Source of the DNA: Candidatus Aminicenantales bacterium
Lineage (GTDB): Bacteria; Acidobacteriota; Aminicenantia; Aminicenantales; Saccharicenantaceae
Length of the DNA stretch: 64,000 nt
NCBI GenBank assembly: GCA_050015275.1
Contig: JBEKBS010000013.1
Span: 4,589-68,588 of the forward strand
Reading direction: 5' to 3'
The translations under genes and the position numbers were made by a program. Positions 8,986 to 17,998 of this stretch are shown one piece after another. Every line of letters begins with the position of its first letter. The first letter of the stretch is position 1. Below the pieces are notes generated by a model that had not been told where the DNA came from, did no database searches, and saw nothing but the letters and a program-made list of their open reading frames with translations.

Positions 8986-9017
8986 GGCCGCTCCCCACAA
9001 GCGGTCAGGCTTTTTTT
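8986..9017 (+). terminator. Probable intrinsic terminator after precursor gene
   Basis: Stem GGCCGCT / AGCGGTC with a 7-nt loop, followed after 4 nt by T7 (9011-9017). Confidence 0.6.
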
Positions 9018-9127
9018 CCGCATTCCCGTTTTTCCTGTCCCCCGGTGACATCCGGACCAGATCAGGAAGGCACTTTTTGCCGAGATCGGATAGGCCTGGC
9101 TCTGCCGAGCCTTGGGCCCAACAGATG

Positions 9128-9712
9128 TCAGATGAACCGGACTTCGCTCGCCTTGCGGATGGCCTCTTCGGCGGCCTGCCTCACGTAGGGGTTCGGGTCC
9201 TTCTTCAGCCCGACCAGCAGGCCGAGCGCCTCTTCTCCGCCGATCTCTCCCAGGGCCTCTGCCGCCGACCGCCGGATGTCGGCGTTGGCCGTGCCCTCAA
9301 GGGCTTTCTCTATCTTAGGGATGGCCGCCTGGGCCCGGTGGACACCCAGGAGCTTCAGGACGGCGCTCCTGGCGTACCACGGGGGACGGCCGAGCCGGCC
9401 GAGGGCTCGGCCGAGGTCGAGCGTCCGTTTTCGGGCAAGCTCCAGGAAGACATAACCGCGGACCCCTTCGCACGGATCGCCCAGCGCTTCCCAGAAGAGC
9501 TCCTCTACCCAGGGCGCTCTGACCTTGGCGCAGGCCTTGAGGATGCCCAGCCTTTTTTTCTTGTCCGGGGTCGCGGCGAGCTTTTGAATGAACCGGCCGC
9601 AAATAGGCGAAAAGGCCGCCGCTTCAGCCGCCGCGCCCGCCGGATGACGTTCGTCCTTGCTCAAAGTCTCCAGGTCTCCTCTGCCATTCTTCCCCGCCGG
9701 AATGTCTGACAT
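9128..9712 (-). CDS. HEAT/PBS-lyase-like repeat protein
   Basis: Repeats 'ALGDPCEGVR', 'NADIRRSAAEALGEIG', 'KDPNPYVRQAAEEA'; start uncertain; co-oriented just downstream of ribBA. Confidence 0.75.
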   Translation of the reverse strand: MSDIPAGKNGRGDLETLSKDERHPAGAAAEAAAFSPICGRFIQKLAATPDKKKRLGILKACAKVRAPWVEELFWEALGDPCEGVRGYVFLELARKRTLDLGRALGRLGRPPWYARSAVLKLLGVHRAQAAIPKIEKALEGTANADIRRSAAEALGEIGGEEALGLLVGLKKDPNPYVRQAAEEAIRKASEVRFI

Positions 9713-9734
9713 CGGTCCAGGTCCGGGCCGGGCC

Positions 9735-10952
9735 TCAGACCCGGTCCAGGATATGGCCCATTTTCTCTTTTTTTGTTTTCAGGTACCTGAGGTTGCTGGC
9801 GTTGGGCTCGACCTCGAGCGGAACGCGCTCGACGATCTCCAGCCCGTAGCCGGCCAGGCCGATGTATTTCCGGGGATTGTTGGTGATGAGGCGGATCTTG
9901 CGGACGCCCAGGGCCGCGAGGACCTGGGCGCCGATGCCGTAGTCGCGCTGGTCGGTCTTGAATCCCAGCCGGTGGTTGGCCTCGACCGTGTCCGCGCCCT
10001 GGTCCTGGAGGGCGTAAGCCCGGACCTTGTTCGGCAGCCCGATCCCGCGGCCTTCCTGGTTCAGGATATAGAGAACGATCCCCTTGCCCTCTTTTTCGAT
10101 CATCTCCATGGACCGCCGGAGCTGCTCTCCGCAGTCGCAACGGAGTGAGCTGAAGGTGTCGCCAGTCAGGCACTGGGAATGGGTCCGGACGAGCGTGGGC
10201 TCGTCTCCCCGGATCTCGCCCTTGACCAGGGCGGCGTGGTGTTCCTTGCTGATGACGTCCTCGAAGAGGAAGAGCCGGAAATGGCCGTGGCGCGTGGGCA
10301 TGTCGGCCTCTTCGAGCTTCCGGACCAGGGTTTCGTGGTTCATCCGGTAGCGGATGAGGTCGGCGATGGTCAGGACCGGGATGCCGTGCTCCCGGCTGAA
10401 GCGGTCGAGCTGGGGCCTGCGGGCCATGGACCCGTCCTCGTTCATGATCTCGCAGATGACGCCGGCCGGAGCGAGGCCCGCGAGGCGGGCCAGGTCGACG
10501 GCAGCCTCGGTCTGGCCGGCCCTGGCGAGGACGCCGCCCTCCTTGGCTTGGAGGGGAAAGACGTGGCCCGGCCGGGCCAGGTCCTCGGGCTTCGTCCGCG
10601 GGTCAAGGGCCGCCAGGATGGTTTTCGCCCGGTCGTAGGCCGAGATCCCCGTCGTAACGCCCTGCTTGGCGTCGATCGAGACCGTGAAGGCGGTCTGGTA
10701 GCGCGCCGTATTGTCGGCGACCATGAGGGGAAGATGGAGCTCTTCCAGGCGTTCCCGGGTCAGAGGCAGGCAGATGAGCCCCCGGCCGTGCTTGGTCATG
10801 AAGTTGACGATTTCCGGGGTGATCTTTTCGGCGGCGACCGTGAGGTCGCCCTCGTTCTCCCGGTCTTCGTCGTCGACGACGATGATCATCCGGCCGGCCT
10901 GGACCTCGGCCACGGCCTGCTCGACGGAAATTGTCTTGTCCTTGCCGTCCAT
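9735..10952 (-). CDS. ribBA: Bifunctional DHBP synthase / GTP cyclohydrolase II
   Basis: [41 protein letters not shown]; start moved to ATG 10952. Confidence 0.95.
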   Translation of the reverse strand: MDGKDKTISVEQAVAEVQAGRMIIVVDDEDRENEGDLTVAAEKITPEIVNFMTKHGRGLICLPLTRERLEELHLPLMVADNTARYQTAFTVSIDAKQGVTTGISAYDRAKTILAALDPRTKPEDLARPGHVFPLQAKEGGVLARAGQTEAAVDLARLAGLAPAGVICEIMNEDGSMARRPQLDRFSREHGIPVLTIADLIRYRMNHETLVRKLEEADMPTRHGHFRLFLFEDVISKEHHAALVKGEIRGDEPTLVRTHSQCLTGDTFSSLRCDCGEQLRRSMEMIEKEGKGIVLYILNQEGRGIGLPNKVRAYALQDQGADTVEANHRLGFKTDQRDYGIGAQVLAALGVRKIRLITNNPRKYIGLAGYGLEIVERVPLEVEPNASNLRYLKTKKEKMGHILDRV

Positions 10953-10995
10953 GGTTCTTTCGGTTGGGGATAAAAGCCCGTTCAGAGGGCCCTTG

Positions 10996-11592
10996 TCAGC
11001 CCGCTTTTTGTCCCTTGACGAGCCAATTATACACGTATTTTCCGATGATGTCACACTCGAGATTGACCGAGGCCCCGGCGCGGAGACCGCCCAGGTTTGT
11101 CCCCTCCAGGGTCAGCGGGATGAGCTCGATGTCCATGGACGACGGGCCGAGCGAGGCGATCGTCAGGCTGACGCCGTTGACCGCCACCGAGCCCTGTGGG
11201 ACAAGGAAGGGGCGGATGCGCTTGGGGAAGGATACGGTGATCCTCCGTCCAGGCCTTCTCTCCGCTGTCCGGAGGATCTTTCCGACGGCGTCGACATGGC
11301 CCGTGACCAGGTGGCCGCTGAGAGGGGACGCCAGGGTAAGCGGAAGCTCCAGGTTGACACGGTCGTGATGCTTGAGGACCCCCAGCGTCGTCCGGTCGAT
11401 GGTCTCCAGGGACAGGTTGAAGCGAAGGCTGCCCTTCTCCGCGCCGAGGAGGCTTAGGCAAACGCCGTCGACCGAGACACTGTCGCCGGGACGGAGCTTG
11501 TCCGTGAGGCCCGGCGCCTCGATGAGGAGCTTCTGACGGCCGCGGCGGTATCCGGAAAAAAGGCCCTGGTGAGTGATGATCCCCGTGAACAT
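10996..11592 (-). CDS. ribE: Riboflavin synthase (alpha chain)
   Basis: N-terminal [37 protein letters not shown]. Confidence 0.95.
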   Translation of the reverse strand: MFTGIITHQGLFSGYRRGRQKLLIEAPGLTDKLRPGDSVSVDGVCLSLLGAEKGSLRFNLSLETIDRTTLGVLKHHDRVNLELPLTLASPLSGHLVTGHVDAVGKILRTAERRPGRRITVSFPKRIRPFLVPQGSVAVNGVSLTIASLGPSSMDIELIPLTLEGTNLGGLRAGASVNLECDIIGKYVYNWLVKGQKAG

Positions 11593-12692
11593 CAGAAATA
11601 TCCCTCCAGGATGATGTCGTCCCCGAGGCCGAACGGCCGGAGGCTTTTCAAGGTCAAGGCGGCCCGGACCTTCTCGACGCCCTCTCCCTCCCAAAGGCCC
11701 GGCGCGTCGCGGCCGCCGACGAGCTTGGGGGAGAGCGTGATGAAGATCTTATCGGCGAGCCTGCGCTCGATGAAGCTCGTGTGGAGCCGGCGCCCGCCCT
11801 CGACGAGGAGGCCCGCGATCTCCCTTCTGCCGAGCTCGACGAGGACGGCTTCGAGACCACCGTCCTTCAGGGACCTGCCGAGCCCGACGACCTCGACGCC
11901 TTTTTTTTTCAAGGCTTCGGCCTTCGTAGAGGGCGCCCCGCGCCCGGCGAAGACGATGATCGGACCGTGCGCGAGAGTGCCCAGGAGTCTGGCCGAGAGC
12001 GGGAACCGCAGCTCGGAATCGAGGATGACGCGGGTGAGTTTCTTTTCGCCCCAGCTCGGATGGCGGACGGTCAGGCGCGGGTCGTCGCGGAGGAGCGTGT
12101 TGACGCCGACCATCAGGGCGTCATATTCCCCCCGCAGGAGATGGACGTAATCTCTCGTCCCGGCCGCGGAGATCCAGCGGGAATCGCCGGTCCGGGACGC
12201 GGTCTTGCCGTCCAGGCTCATGGCGGCCTTGAGGGTCACGAAGGGGACCTTTCGGGTGATGTACTTGATATAGATCTCGTTCAGGCGGGCGTTCTTTTCC
12301 CGGAGGAGCCCGACGCTGACGTCGAGGCCCGCCCGCTTCAGCTTCCGGACGCCCCGCCGGTGGACGATCGGATTCGGGTCGTATTCCGAGATGACGGCCC
12401 TTTTCAATCCGGCCGCAAGGAGGGTGTCGGCGCAGGGGGGCGTCCGGCCCCAGTGGACGCACGGCTCGAGGGTGATGTAGATCGTCGCTCCCTTGGCCCG
12501 GCGCCCGGCTTGCCGGAGGGCCATGATCTCGGCATGGGGTTTGCCCGCCTCCTCGTGATAGCCGCAGCCGGCGATCTTCCCGTCGCGGACGATGACCGAG
12601 CCGACGAGAGGGTTGGGGCTCGACCGGCCCCGGGCCTTTTCGGCGAGCCCGTAGGCCATTTCCATGCAAGCAAGATCGGTGGCCTTGCTCAT
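11592..12692 (-). CDS. ribD: Bifunctional pyrimidine deaminase/reductase RibD
   Basis: PNPLVG, HAE, TLEPCVHWGRTPPC, SLDGK, LLVEGG. Confidence 0.95.
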   Translation of the reverse strand: MSKATDLACMEMAYGLAEKARGRSSPNPLVGSVIVRDGKIAGCGYHEEAGKPHAEIMALRQAGRRAKGATIYITLEPCVHWGRTPPCADTLLAAGLKRAVISEYDPNPIVHRRGVRKLKRAGLDVSVGLLREKNARLNEIYIKYITRKVPFVTLKAAMSLDGKTASRTGDSRWISAAGTRDYVHLLRGEYDALMVGVNTLLRDDPRLTVRHPSWGEKKLTRVILDSELRFPLSARLLGTLAHGPIIVFAGRGAPSTKAEALKKKGVEVVGLGRSLKDGGLEAVLVELGRREIAGLLVEGGRRLHTSFIERRLADKIFITLSPKLVGGRDAPGLWEGEGVEKVRAALTLKSLRPFGLGDDIILEGYF

Positions 12693-13579
12693 GCGAGAAG
12701 CGCCTCGACGAATTCGCGCGGCGAGAACTCGAGGAGGTCGTCCTCCGATTCGCCGACGCCGATGAAGCGGATCGGGAGGGCCAGCTCGTCGGCGATCCCG
12801 ATGACGGACCCGCCCTTGGCGGTCCCGTCGAGTTTGGTCAGGAAGATCCCGGTGAGGCCGGAGTACTTCAGGAATTCCCGGGCCTGGAGGATGGCGTTCT
12901 GGCCGACCGTCGCGTCCAGGACGAGAAGCGTCTCCTGGGGGGCCCCCTCGATCTCCCGGCCGGCCACGCGCCTGATCTTTTCGAGCTCGACCATGAGGTT
13001 CGTGTGGGTATGGATCCGTCCGGCCGTGTCGACGAGGAGGACATCGCCTTGCTGGGCCTTGAACGACCGGACGGCGTCGAAGACGACGGAGGCGGGGTCG
13101 GCGCCGTACTGGGCTTTGACGACGGGGATCCCGAGCCGCCGGCCCCAGAGGACGAGCTGTTCCTGGGCCGCAGCCCGGAACGTGTCGGCCGCGGCCATCA
13201 TCACCTTTTTGCCGGCGCGCTGATAATAGCGGGCGAGCTTGGCCGTCGAGGTCGTCTTGCCGCCGCCGTTGACGCCGACCATCAGGACGACGGCCGGGCC
13301 TTGGCCTGCGGCCGGCGGTTTCATGTGCCGGGCGAGGACGGCTTCGAGCTCCGCTTTGAGGGCTTTTTCCAGGTCCAGCCCGGAGTCCTCCTTCCGGGTT
13401 TCGGCGCGGAGGGACTCTATGATCTTTTCGGTGGTCCCGACCCCGACGTCGGCCAGGATCAGGGCCTCGGCCAGGTCGTCCAGGATCTCTTCCCTCTGTT
13501 TCCCGCTCCGGAAGAGCTGCCCGATCTTCTGGAACGCCCGGCGGGTCCGGAACAATTTCTCGCGGAGGTTGGCGAACAC
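12689..13579 (-). CDS. ftsY: SRP receptor FtsY (NG domain only)
   Basis: GVNGGGKTTS, DTFRAAA, DTAGR, TKLDGTAKGG, GVGE; GTG start. Confidence 0.95.
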   Translation of the reverse strand: MFANLREKLFRTRRAFQKIGQLFRSGKQREEILDDLAEALILADVGVGTTEKIIESLRAETRKEDSGLDLEKALKAELEAVLARHMKPPAAGQGPAVVLMVGVNGGGKTTSTAKLARYYQRAGKKVMMAAADTFRAAAQEQLVLWGRRLGIPVVKAQYGADPASVVFDAVRSFKAQQGDVLLVDTAGRIHTHTNLMVELEKIRRVAGREIEGAPQETLLVLDATVGQNAILQAREFLKYSGLTGIFLTKLDGTAKGGSVIGIADELALPIRFIGVGESEDDLLEFSPREFVEALLA

Positions 13580-13588
13580 GGTTTAACT

Positions 13589-13617
13589 ATTTTATTTTTC
13601 AATCGTTTGAATGTCAA
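13589..13617 (-). promoter_or_regulatory. sigma-70 promoter of the ftsY-rib operon
   Basis: Minus strand TTGACA (13612-13617)-N17-TAAAAT (13589-13594), 9 nt from the ftsY GTG. Confidence 0.7.
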
Positions 13618-13684
13618 CTTTCACTCCGGACGTCCCCTGCGGCAAATTGTGGAATGCGGATGAATGTGCTACAGTGACAATCAG

Positions 13685-15376
13685 ATGAATTCCTCAGTCT
13701 GGATCATGACCCCGGCCAGATCCGAAGCCGAGGCCCTGGCCGCGGAGCTGGGCCTCTCCCCGGCCATCGCCCAGGTCCTCGTCAACCGCAAGATCGCGAC
13801 ACCCGGCGAGGCCAGGTCCTTCCTCTTCGGAACGCTCGATGGGCTCCACGACCCGTACCTGATGAAGGGGATGGCCCAGGCCGTGGAAAGGATCCAGAAG
13901 GCGATCGCCGACGGCGAGAAGATCCTGATCTTCGGCGATTATGACGTCGACGGCGTCCTCTCGGTCGTCATGCTCTTCAAGGCCCTGGCCTCGCTCGGGG
14001 CCAAGGTCGAGTATTTCATTCCCGAGCGGCTCAAAGACGGCTACGGCATCAAGGAACACCACGTGGAGATCCCCGTCGAGCGCGGCACGGGCCTCGTCAT
14101 CAGCGTCGACTGCGGGATCAAGGCGGTCGAGTTCACGGCCCAGGCCAAGGCGAAGGGCGTGGACGTCATTATCACCGACCACCACCGGCCCGGCGAGACG
14201 CTCCCGGCCGCCGTGGCCATCCTCGACCCGGTCCTGGAGGACTCGGGTTATCCCGACCGCGACCTCGCCGGCGTCGGCGTCGCGTTCAAGCTCATCCAGG
14301 CCCTCCTCGAGAAGTCGGGGAAGGCGGCGGGCCTGCCCCATTACATGAAGCTTGTCTGCATCGGGACTGTGGCCGACGTGGCCGGCCTCAAGGGCGAGAA
14401 CCGGCTGTTCGTGAAATACGGCTTGAAAGGGCTGGGGAGCGTCGCCAACACGGGGCTCAAAAGCCTGATCGAAGCCTGCGGCCTCGGCAACCGGAAGATC
14501 TCCGAGGGCGACCTCGGCTTCCGCATCGGCCCCCGGATCAACGCCGCCGGCCGGATGGGAATGACGGACCTGGCCGTCCGGCTGTTTTTCTGCGACACCA
14601 TCGAAGAGTCGCTGTCCCTTGTCCAACAGCTCGAGGAGCTGAATTCCAAGCGGCAGAGGACCGAGGAGAAGATCTTCGAGGCGGCCAAGGGCCTGATCGA
14701 GGAGAAGTCCCTGGCCCGGAAATACAAGTGCCTCGTCCTCGGGAGCGAGACCTGGCACCGCGGCGTCATCGGCATCGTGGCCTCGAAGCTCAAGGACTAT
14801 TTCCACCGGCCGGTCGTCCTTTTCGCCTACGAAGACGGCAAGGCCTGCGGCTCCGGACGGAGCATCTCGGACGTCCCGCTCATCGACCTCCTGGACGAGT
14901 GCAAGCACCTGTTCCTGAGTTACGGCGGGCACCGCCTGGCCGTCGGCTGCACGCTGCCTTTGGACCGGATGGACGCCTTCAAGGAGACCCTCAACGCCCT
15001 GGCGGACGCGAGGATCAGCGAGGAGGACCTGAAGAGGAAGATCCGGATCGACGCCCCGCTCGCGTTTTCCGCCGTCGACGGCCGCTTTCTCGAGCAGTTC
15101 TCCCTGCTCTTCCCGTTCGGCGTCGGCAATCCCAAGCCCCTTTTCCTGACCGAGAACGTGGAGATCCTGAGCGACCCGCAGATCCTCCAGCGGAAGCACC
15201 TGAAGTTCCTGGCCCGGCAGAACGGCCGGGTCTTCGAGGCCGTGGGCTGGGACAAGGCGGACTGGTCGCATGTCCTCCGCCGGGGCGGCCGGGTCGACCT
15301 GGCCTACTCGTTGCTGATGTCAGAGTATATGGGCGAACAGAGAATTAGTCTGTCCATCGAAGACCTGAGAGTCTGA
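13685..15376 (+). CDS. recJ: ssDNA-specific exonuclease RecJ
   Basis: GDYDVDG, SVDCGI, TDHH, GTVADV, PRINAAGR, GSGRS, YGGH, PFGVGNP; start 13664 or 13685. Confidence 0.95.
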   Translation: MNSSVWIMTPARSEAEALAAELGLSPAIAQVLVNRKIATPGEARSFLFGTLDGLHDPYLMKGMAQAVERIQKAIADGEKILIFGDYDVDGVLSVVMLFKALASLGAKVEYFIPERLKDGYGIKEHHVEIPVERGTGLVISVDCGIKAVEFTAQAKAKGVDVIITDHHRPGETLPAAVAILDPVLEDSGYPDRDLAGVGVAFKLIQALLEKSGKAAGLPHYMKLVCIGTVADVAGLKGENRLFVKYGLKGLGSVANTGLKSLIEACGLGNRKISEGDLGFRIGPRINAAGRMGMTDLAVRLFFCDTIEESLSLVQQLEELNSKRQRTEEKIFEAAKGLIEEKSLARKYKCLVLGSETWHRGVIGIVASKLKDYFHRPVVLFAYEDGKACGSGRSISDVPLIDLLDECKHLFLSYGGHRLAVGCTLPLDRMDAFKETLNALADARISEEDLKRKIRIDAPLAFSAVDGRFLEQFSLLFPFGVGNPKPLFLTENVEILSDPQILQRKHLKFLARQNGRVFEAVGWDKADWSHVLRRGGRVDLAYSLLMSEYMGEQRISLSIEDLRV

Positions 15377-15384
15377 CGATACGC

Positions 15385-17235
15385 ATGAGCGCGCGAGCGA
15401 CATTCCCGGTGAAATTCGCCCGGCTCGGGATCGCCGTTTCCTTGGCCGTCCTGTTGGCCGCGGTCGGCTTTCGCCTCATCTCCCGGCGCTCCCATCCCGT
15501 CCGGGCCGTCTCCGAAAACGCCGCGCCCGAAACGCGAACGATCGACCGGAAGGAGGGCATCCGGCACCGGGAATACAAGGACGGGAAGGTCTGGGATGAC
15601 CTCCGGGCCGACCGCTTCTTCCTCGGCGAGGACGGGCTCAACCATCTGGAAGGCTCCGTCGAGATCCTGGACCACGGCCGGGCGGAGGGCCGTGAGACAA
15701 GGATCTCCGCCGACCGGGTCGCTTATAACAAGGAGATGCTCCTTTTCAAGATCTCCGGACGGGTCAAGGTCACCGCCGAGGACCTCACCTTCGAGTCCGA
15801 TTCCATCAAATACGATAAGACAGCCGGGCTCTACCGGACCGACCAGGGGGGCGCCTTCACCTCGGACAGGCTCGCCGGTTCGGGGCGGACGTTCGTCTAT
15901 GACGAGAAACGGAACGATATCGGGCTTTCCGGCGGCTTCCTCTTCGAAACGAGCGCCGGGCCGCCGACCTCCGGGGCCGCGCGCATCACTGGCGATTCCC
16001 TTGTTTACTCTAGAGGCGAAAAAACGGGCCGGGCCGAAGGCCGGGCCCGCCTCTCCTCGGCCGACGGAGATGGGGCCTCGGAGGTCCTCCGGTTTCAGCT
16101 CTCGGATGACGGGCGCACGTTCGATTCCATGACCTTTGAGAAGGGCGCGAAATGCGTCTTCGGAGGGCCGGCCGGCCGGCCGGGACGGCGCGCCATCGAA
16201 GCCGCGACGGTCCGGGTTCTCTCATTCCCGGGTTCCTCCCGGGTCTCAGTCGTCGACGCGGAGGGGGGCTGCCGGATGTCGCTGGCGGCGCCGCCGGAGC
16301 CGGGAGGCCGCATCGAGGCTGCAGCCCTTCGCCTGAGCCTGGGTCGTGGAGGCGAGCTCGAGAGCTGGACGGCGTCCGGCGACGTCCGGATGAGCATGGA
16401 GGGGAAGACCGGCGACGAGCGCGACCTCCAGGGTGAAAGCGTAACTTATTCCGGCAAGCCCGGACTCCTGACCGTCCAGGCCGGAGAAGGAGGGACCGCC
16501 CGGTTGGAATCCGCCGAGTCCAGGACCGAGGCTCCCGCGATCAGCCTCGAGACGGGCACGGGGAACGCCGTCGCTTCGGGAGGGGTCCGATGCCTCATGA
16601 AGCCGCGGCCCGACGCGGCCCCGGTAGGCTTTTTCTCCAAAGACGCCTCTCTCTTCGTTACGTGCCGGAGCCTGAAGTCCTTCGGCGACGAGCACCGGCT
16701 CCGCTTCGAAGGGCAGGTCAGGCTCTGGCAGGACAACAGGGCCATCCAGGCGAATGAGCTCGACGTCCTTGAAAGCTCGGGAGAAGTACGGGCCCGGGGA
16801 GGCGTGACAGCCGGCTTCCCCTTCCGGGGCCGGAGTCCTTCCGAAGATAGCAGGATCGAGATCGGCGGGGGGGAGATGGCTTACTCGCCGGCGGACCGGA
16901 TAGCCACCTTCCGGGGAGGGAGCCTCGTCCGGACCCAGGACTTCCAGCTCGTCGCCGGGACGGTCGCCGTCCGTCTCATGGAGGGGAAAAAAGAGGTCCA
17001 GAGCCTCATCGCAGGCGGTTCCGTCGTCGTCTCCCACGGCCTTTACGAGGGCCGCGGCGGCGAGGCCGTTTACGATCCCGGGGCCGAGACGGTGGTCCTC
17101 ACCGGAAACCCTGTCCTGGTCGAAAAAGGGAAGGGCTCTTCCCGGGGAGACAAATTGACTTTTCGCCTGGGCGATGATAAAATCCTGATCGAAAATAAGG
17201 GACAGGGAAGGTCGATCACCGTCGTCAAATCGTGA
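15385..17235 (+). CDS. Extended LptC/LptA(OstA)-like beta-jellyroll LPS transport protein
   Basis: N-terminal TM anchor then repeated beta-strand-rich units; C-terminus 'AVYDPGAETVVLTGNPVLV...GDKLTF' is LptA-like; immediately upstream of lptB. Confidence 0.7.
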   Translation: MSARATFPVKFARLGIAVSLAVLLAAVGFRLISRRSHPVRAVSENAAPETRTIDRKEGIRHREYKDGKVWDDLRADRFFLGEDGLNHLEGSVEILDHGRAEGRETRISADRVAYNKEMLLFKISGRVKVTAEDLTFESDSIKYDKTAGLYRTDQGGAFTSDRLAGSGRTFVYDEKRNDIGLSGGFLFETSAGPPTSGAARITGDSLVYSRGEKTGRAEGRARLSSADGDGASEVLRFQLSDDGRTFDSMTFEKGAKCVFGGPAGRPGRRAIEAATVRVLSFPGSSRVSVVDAEGGCRMSLAAPPEPGGRIEAAALRLSLGRGGELESWTASGDVRMSMEGKTGDERDLQGESVTYSGKPGLLTVQAGEGGTARLESAESRTEAPAISLETGTGNAVASGGVRCLMKPRPDAAPVGFFSKDASLFVTCRSLKSFGDEHRLRFEGQVRLWQDNRAIQANELDVLESSGEVRARGGVTAGFPFRGRSPSEDSRIEIGGGEMAYSPADRIATFRGGSLVRTQDFQLVAGTVAVRLMEGKKEVQSLIAGGSVVVSHGLYEGRGGEAVYDPGAETVVLTGNPVLVEKGKGSSRGDKLTFRLGDDKILIENKGQGRSITVVKS

Positions 17236-17238
17236 ACA

Positions 17239-17964
17239 ATGAAGGATTCCCTGAAGGCCGTTGACCTTGAGAAAAGCTTCGGGTCAAAGAAGGTCGTCGA
17301 CAAGGTCACGATCGAGGTCGGGCGGGGGGAGATCGTCGGGCTCCTGGGGCCGAACGGGGCCGGAAAAACAACCACGTTCTCCATGATGCTGGGCCTTGTC
17401 CCCCAGGACGGCGGCCGGGTTTATCTGCGCGGCGAGGACATCACGGACCTGCCGATGTACCTGCGGGCCCGCAAGGGGCTCTGTCTGCTCCCCCAGGAGC
17501 CGTCTTCGTTCCGGAAGCTCACGGTGGAGGATAACCTCCTGGCCGTCCTCGAAACGAGGCCCGGCGCCGAGGCGTCAAGAAACGCCCGCCTGGCTGAAGC
17601 GCTGGCAGAATACGGACTCACGAAGCTGGCCCGGTCCCGGGCGCTGACGCTCTCGGGAGGGGAGCGGCGCCGGCTCGAGATCGCCCGGGCGATGATCATC
17701 GACCCCGATTTCGTCCTCCTCGACGAGCCGTTCACGGGCATCGACCCCCTGGCGGTCCTCGACCTCCAGAAGATCATCCGGGACCTCCGCGAGGGCGGGG
17801 TCGGCGTCCTGCTGACCGATCACGCCGTCCGGGAGACGCTGAAGATCACGGACCGGGCCTACATCCTCGGCGGCGGCAAGGTCCTCAAGGAGGGCGTGCC
17901 CGCGGAGATCGTGGCCTCGGAGGACGTCCGTAAGAGCTATTTGGGAGACGACTTTCGTCTTTAA
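17239..17964 (+). CDS. lptB: LPS export ABC ATPase
   Basis: GLLGPNGAGKTT, LPMYLRARKG, LSGGERRRLEIAR, LLDEPF, TDH, YLGDDF. Confidence 0.95.
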   Translation: MKDSLKAVDLEKSFGSKKVVDKVTIEVGRGEIVGLLGPNGAGKTTTFSMMLGLVPQDGGRVYLRGEDITDLPMYLRARKGLCLLPQEPSSFRKLTVEDNLLAVLETRPGAEASRNARLAEALAEYGLTKLARSRALTLSGGERRRLEIARAMIIDPDFVLLDEPFTGIDPLAVLDLQKIIRDLREGGVGVLLTDHAVRETLKITDRAYILGGGKVLKEGVPAEIVASEDVRKSYLGDDFRL

Positions 17965-17998
17965 TGATGGACGATGATGAAGGGATGAGGCGGCAACG

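Noticed and set aside
9128-9712. HEAT-repeat protein as part of the RiPP cluster
   Set aside because: Opposite strand, beyond the terminator, and only 22 nt downstream of ribBA, so more likely the tail of the ftsY-rib operon.
9735-12692. Missing ribH and FMN riboswitch in the riboflavin cluster
   Set aside because: ribH is often located elsewhere (commonly with nusB); ribD is coupled to ftsY, leaving no leader for a riboswitch. Not unusual.
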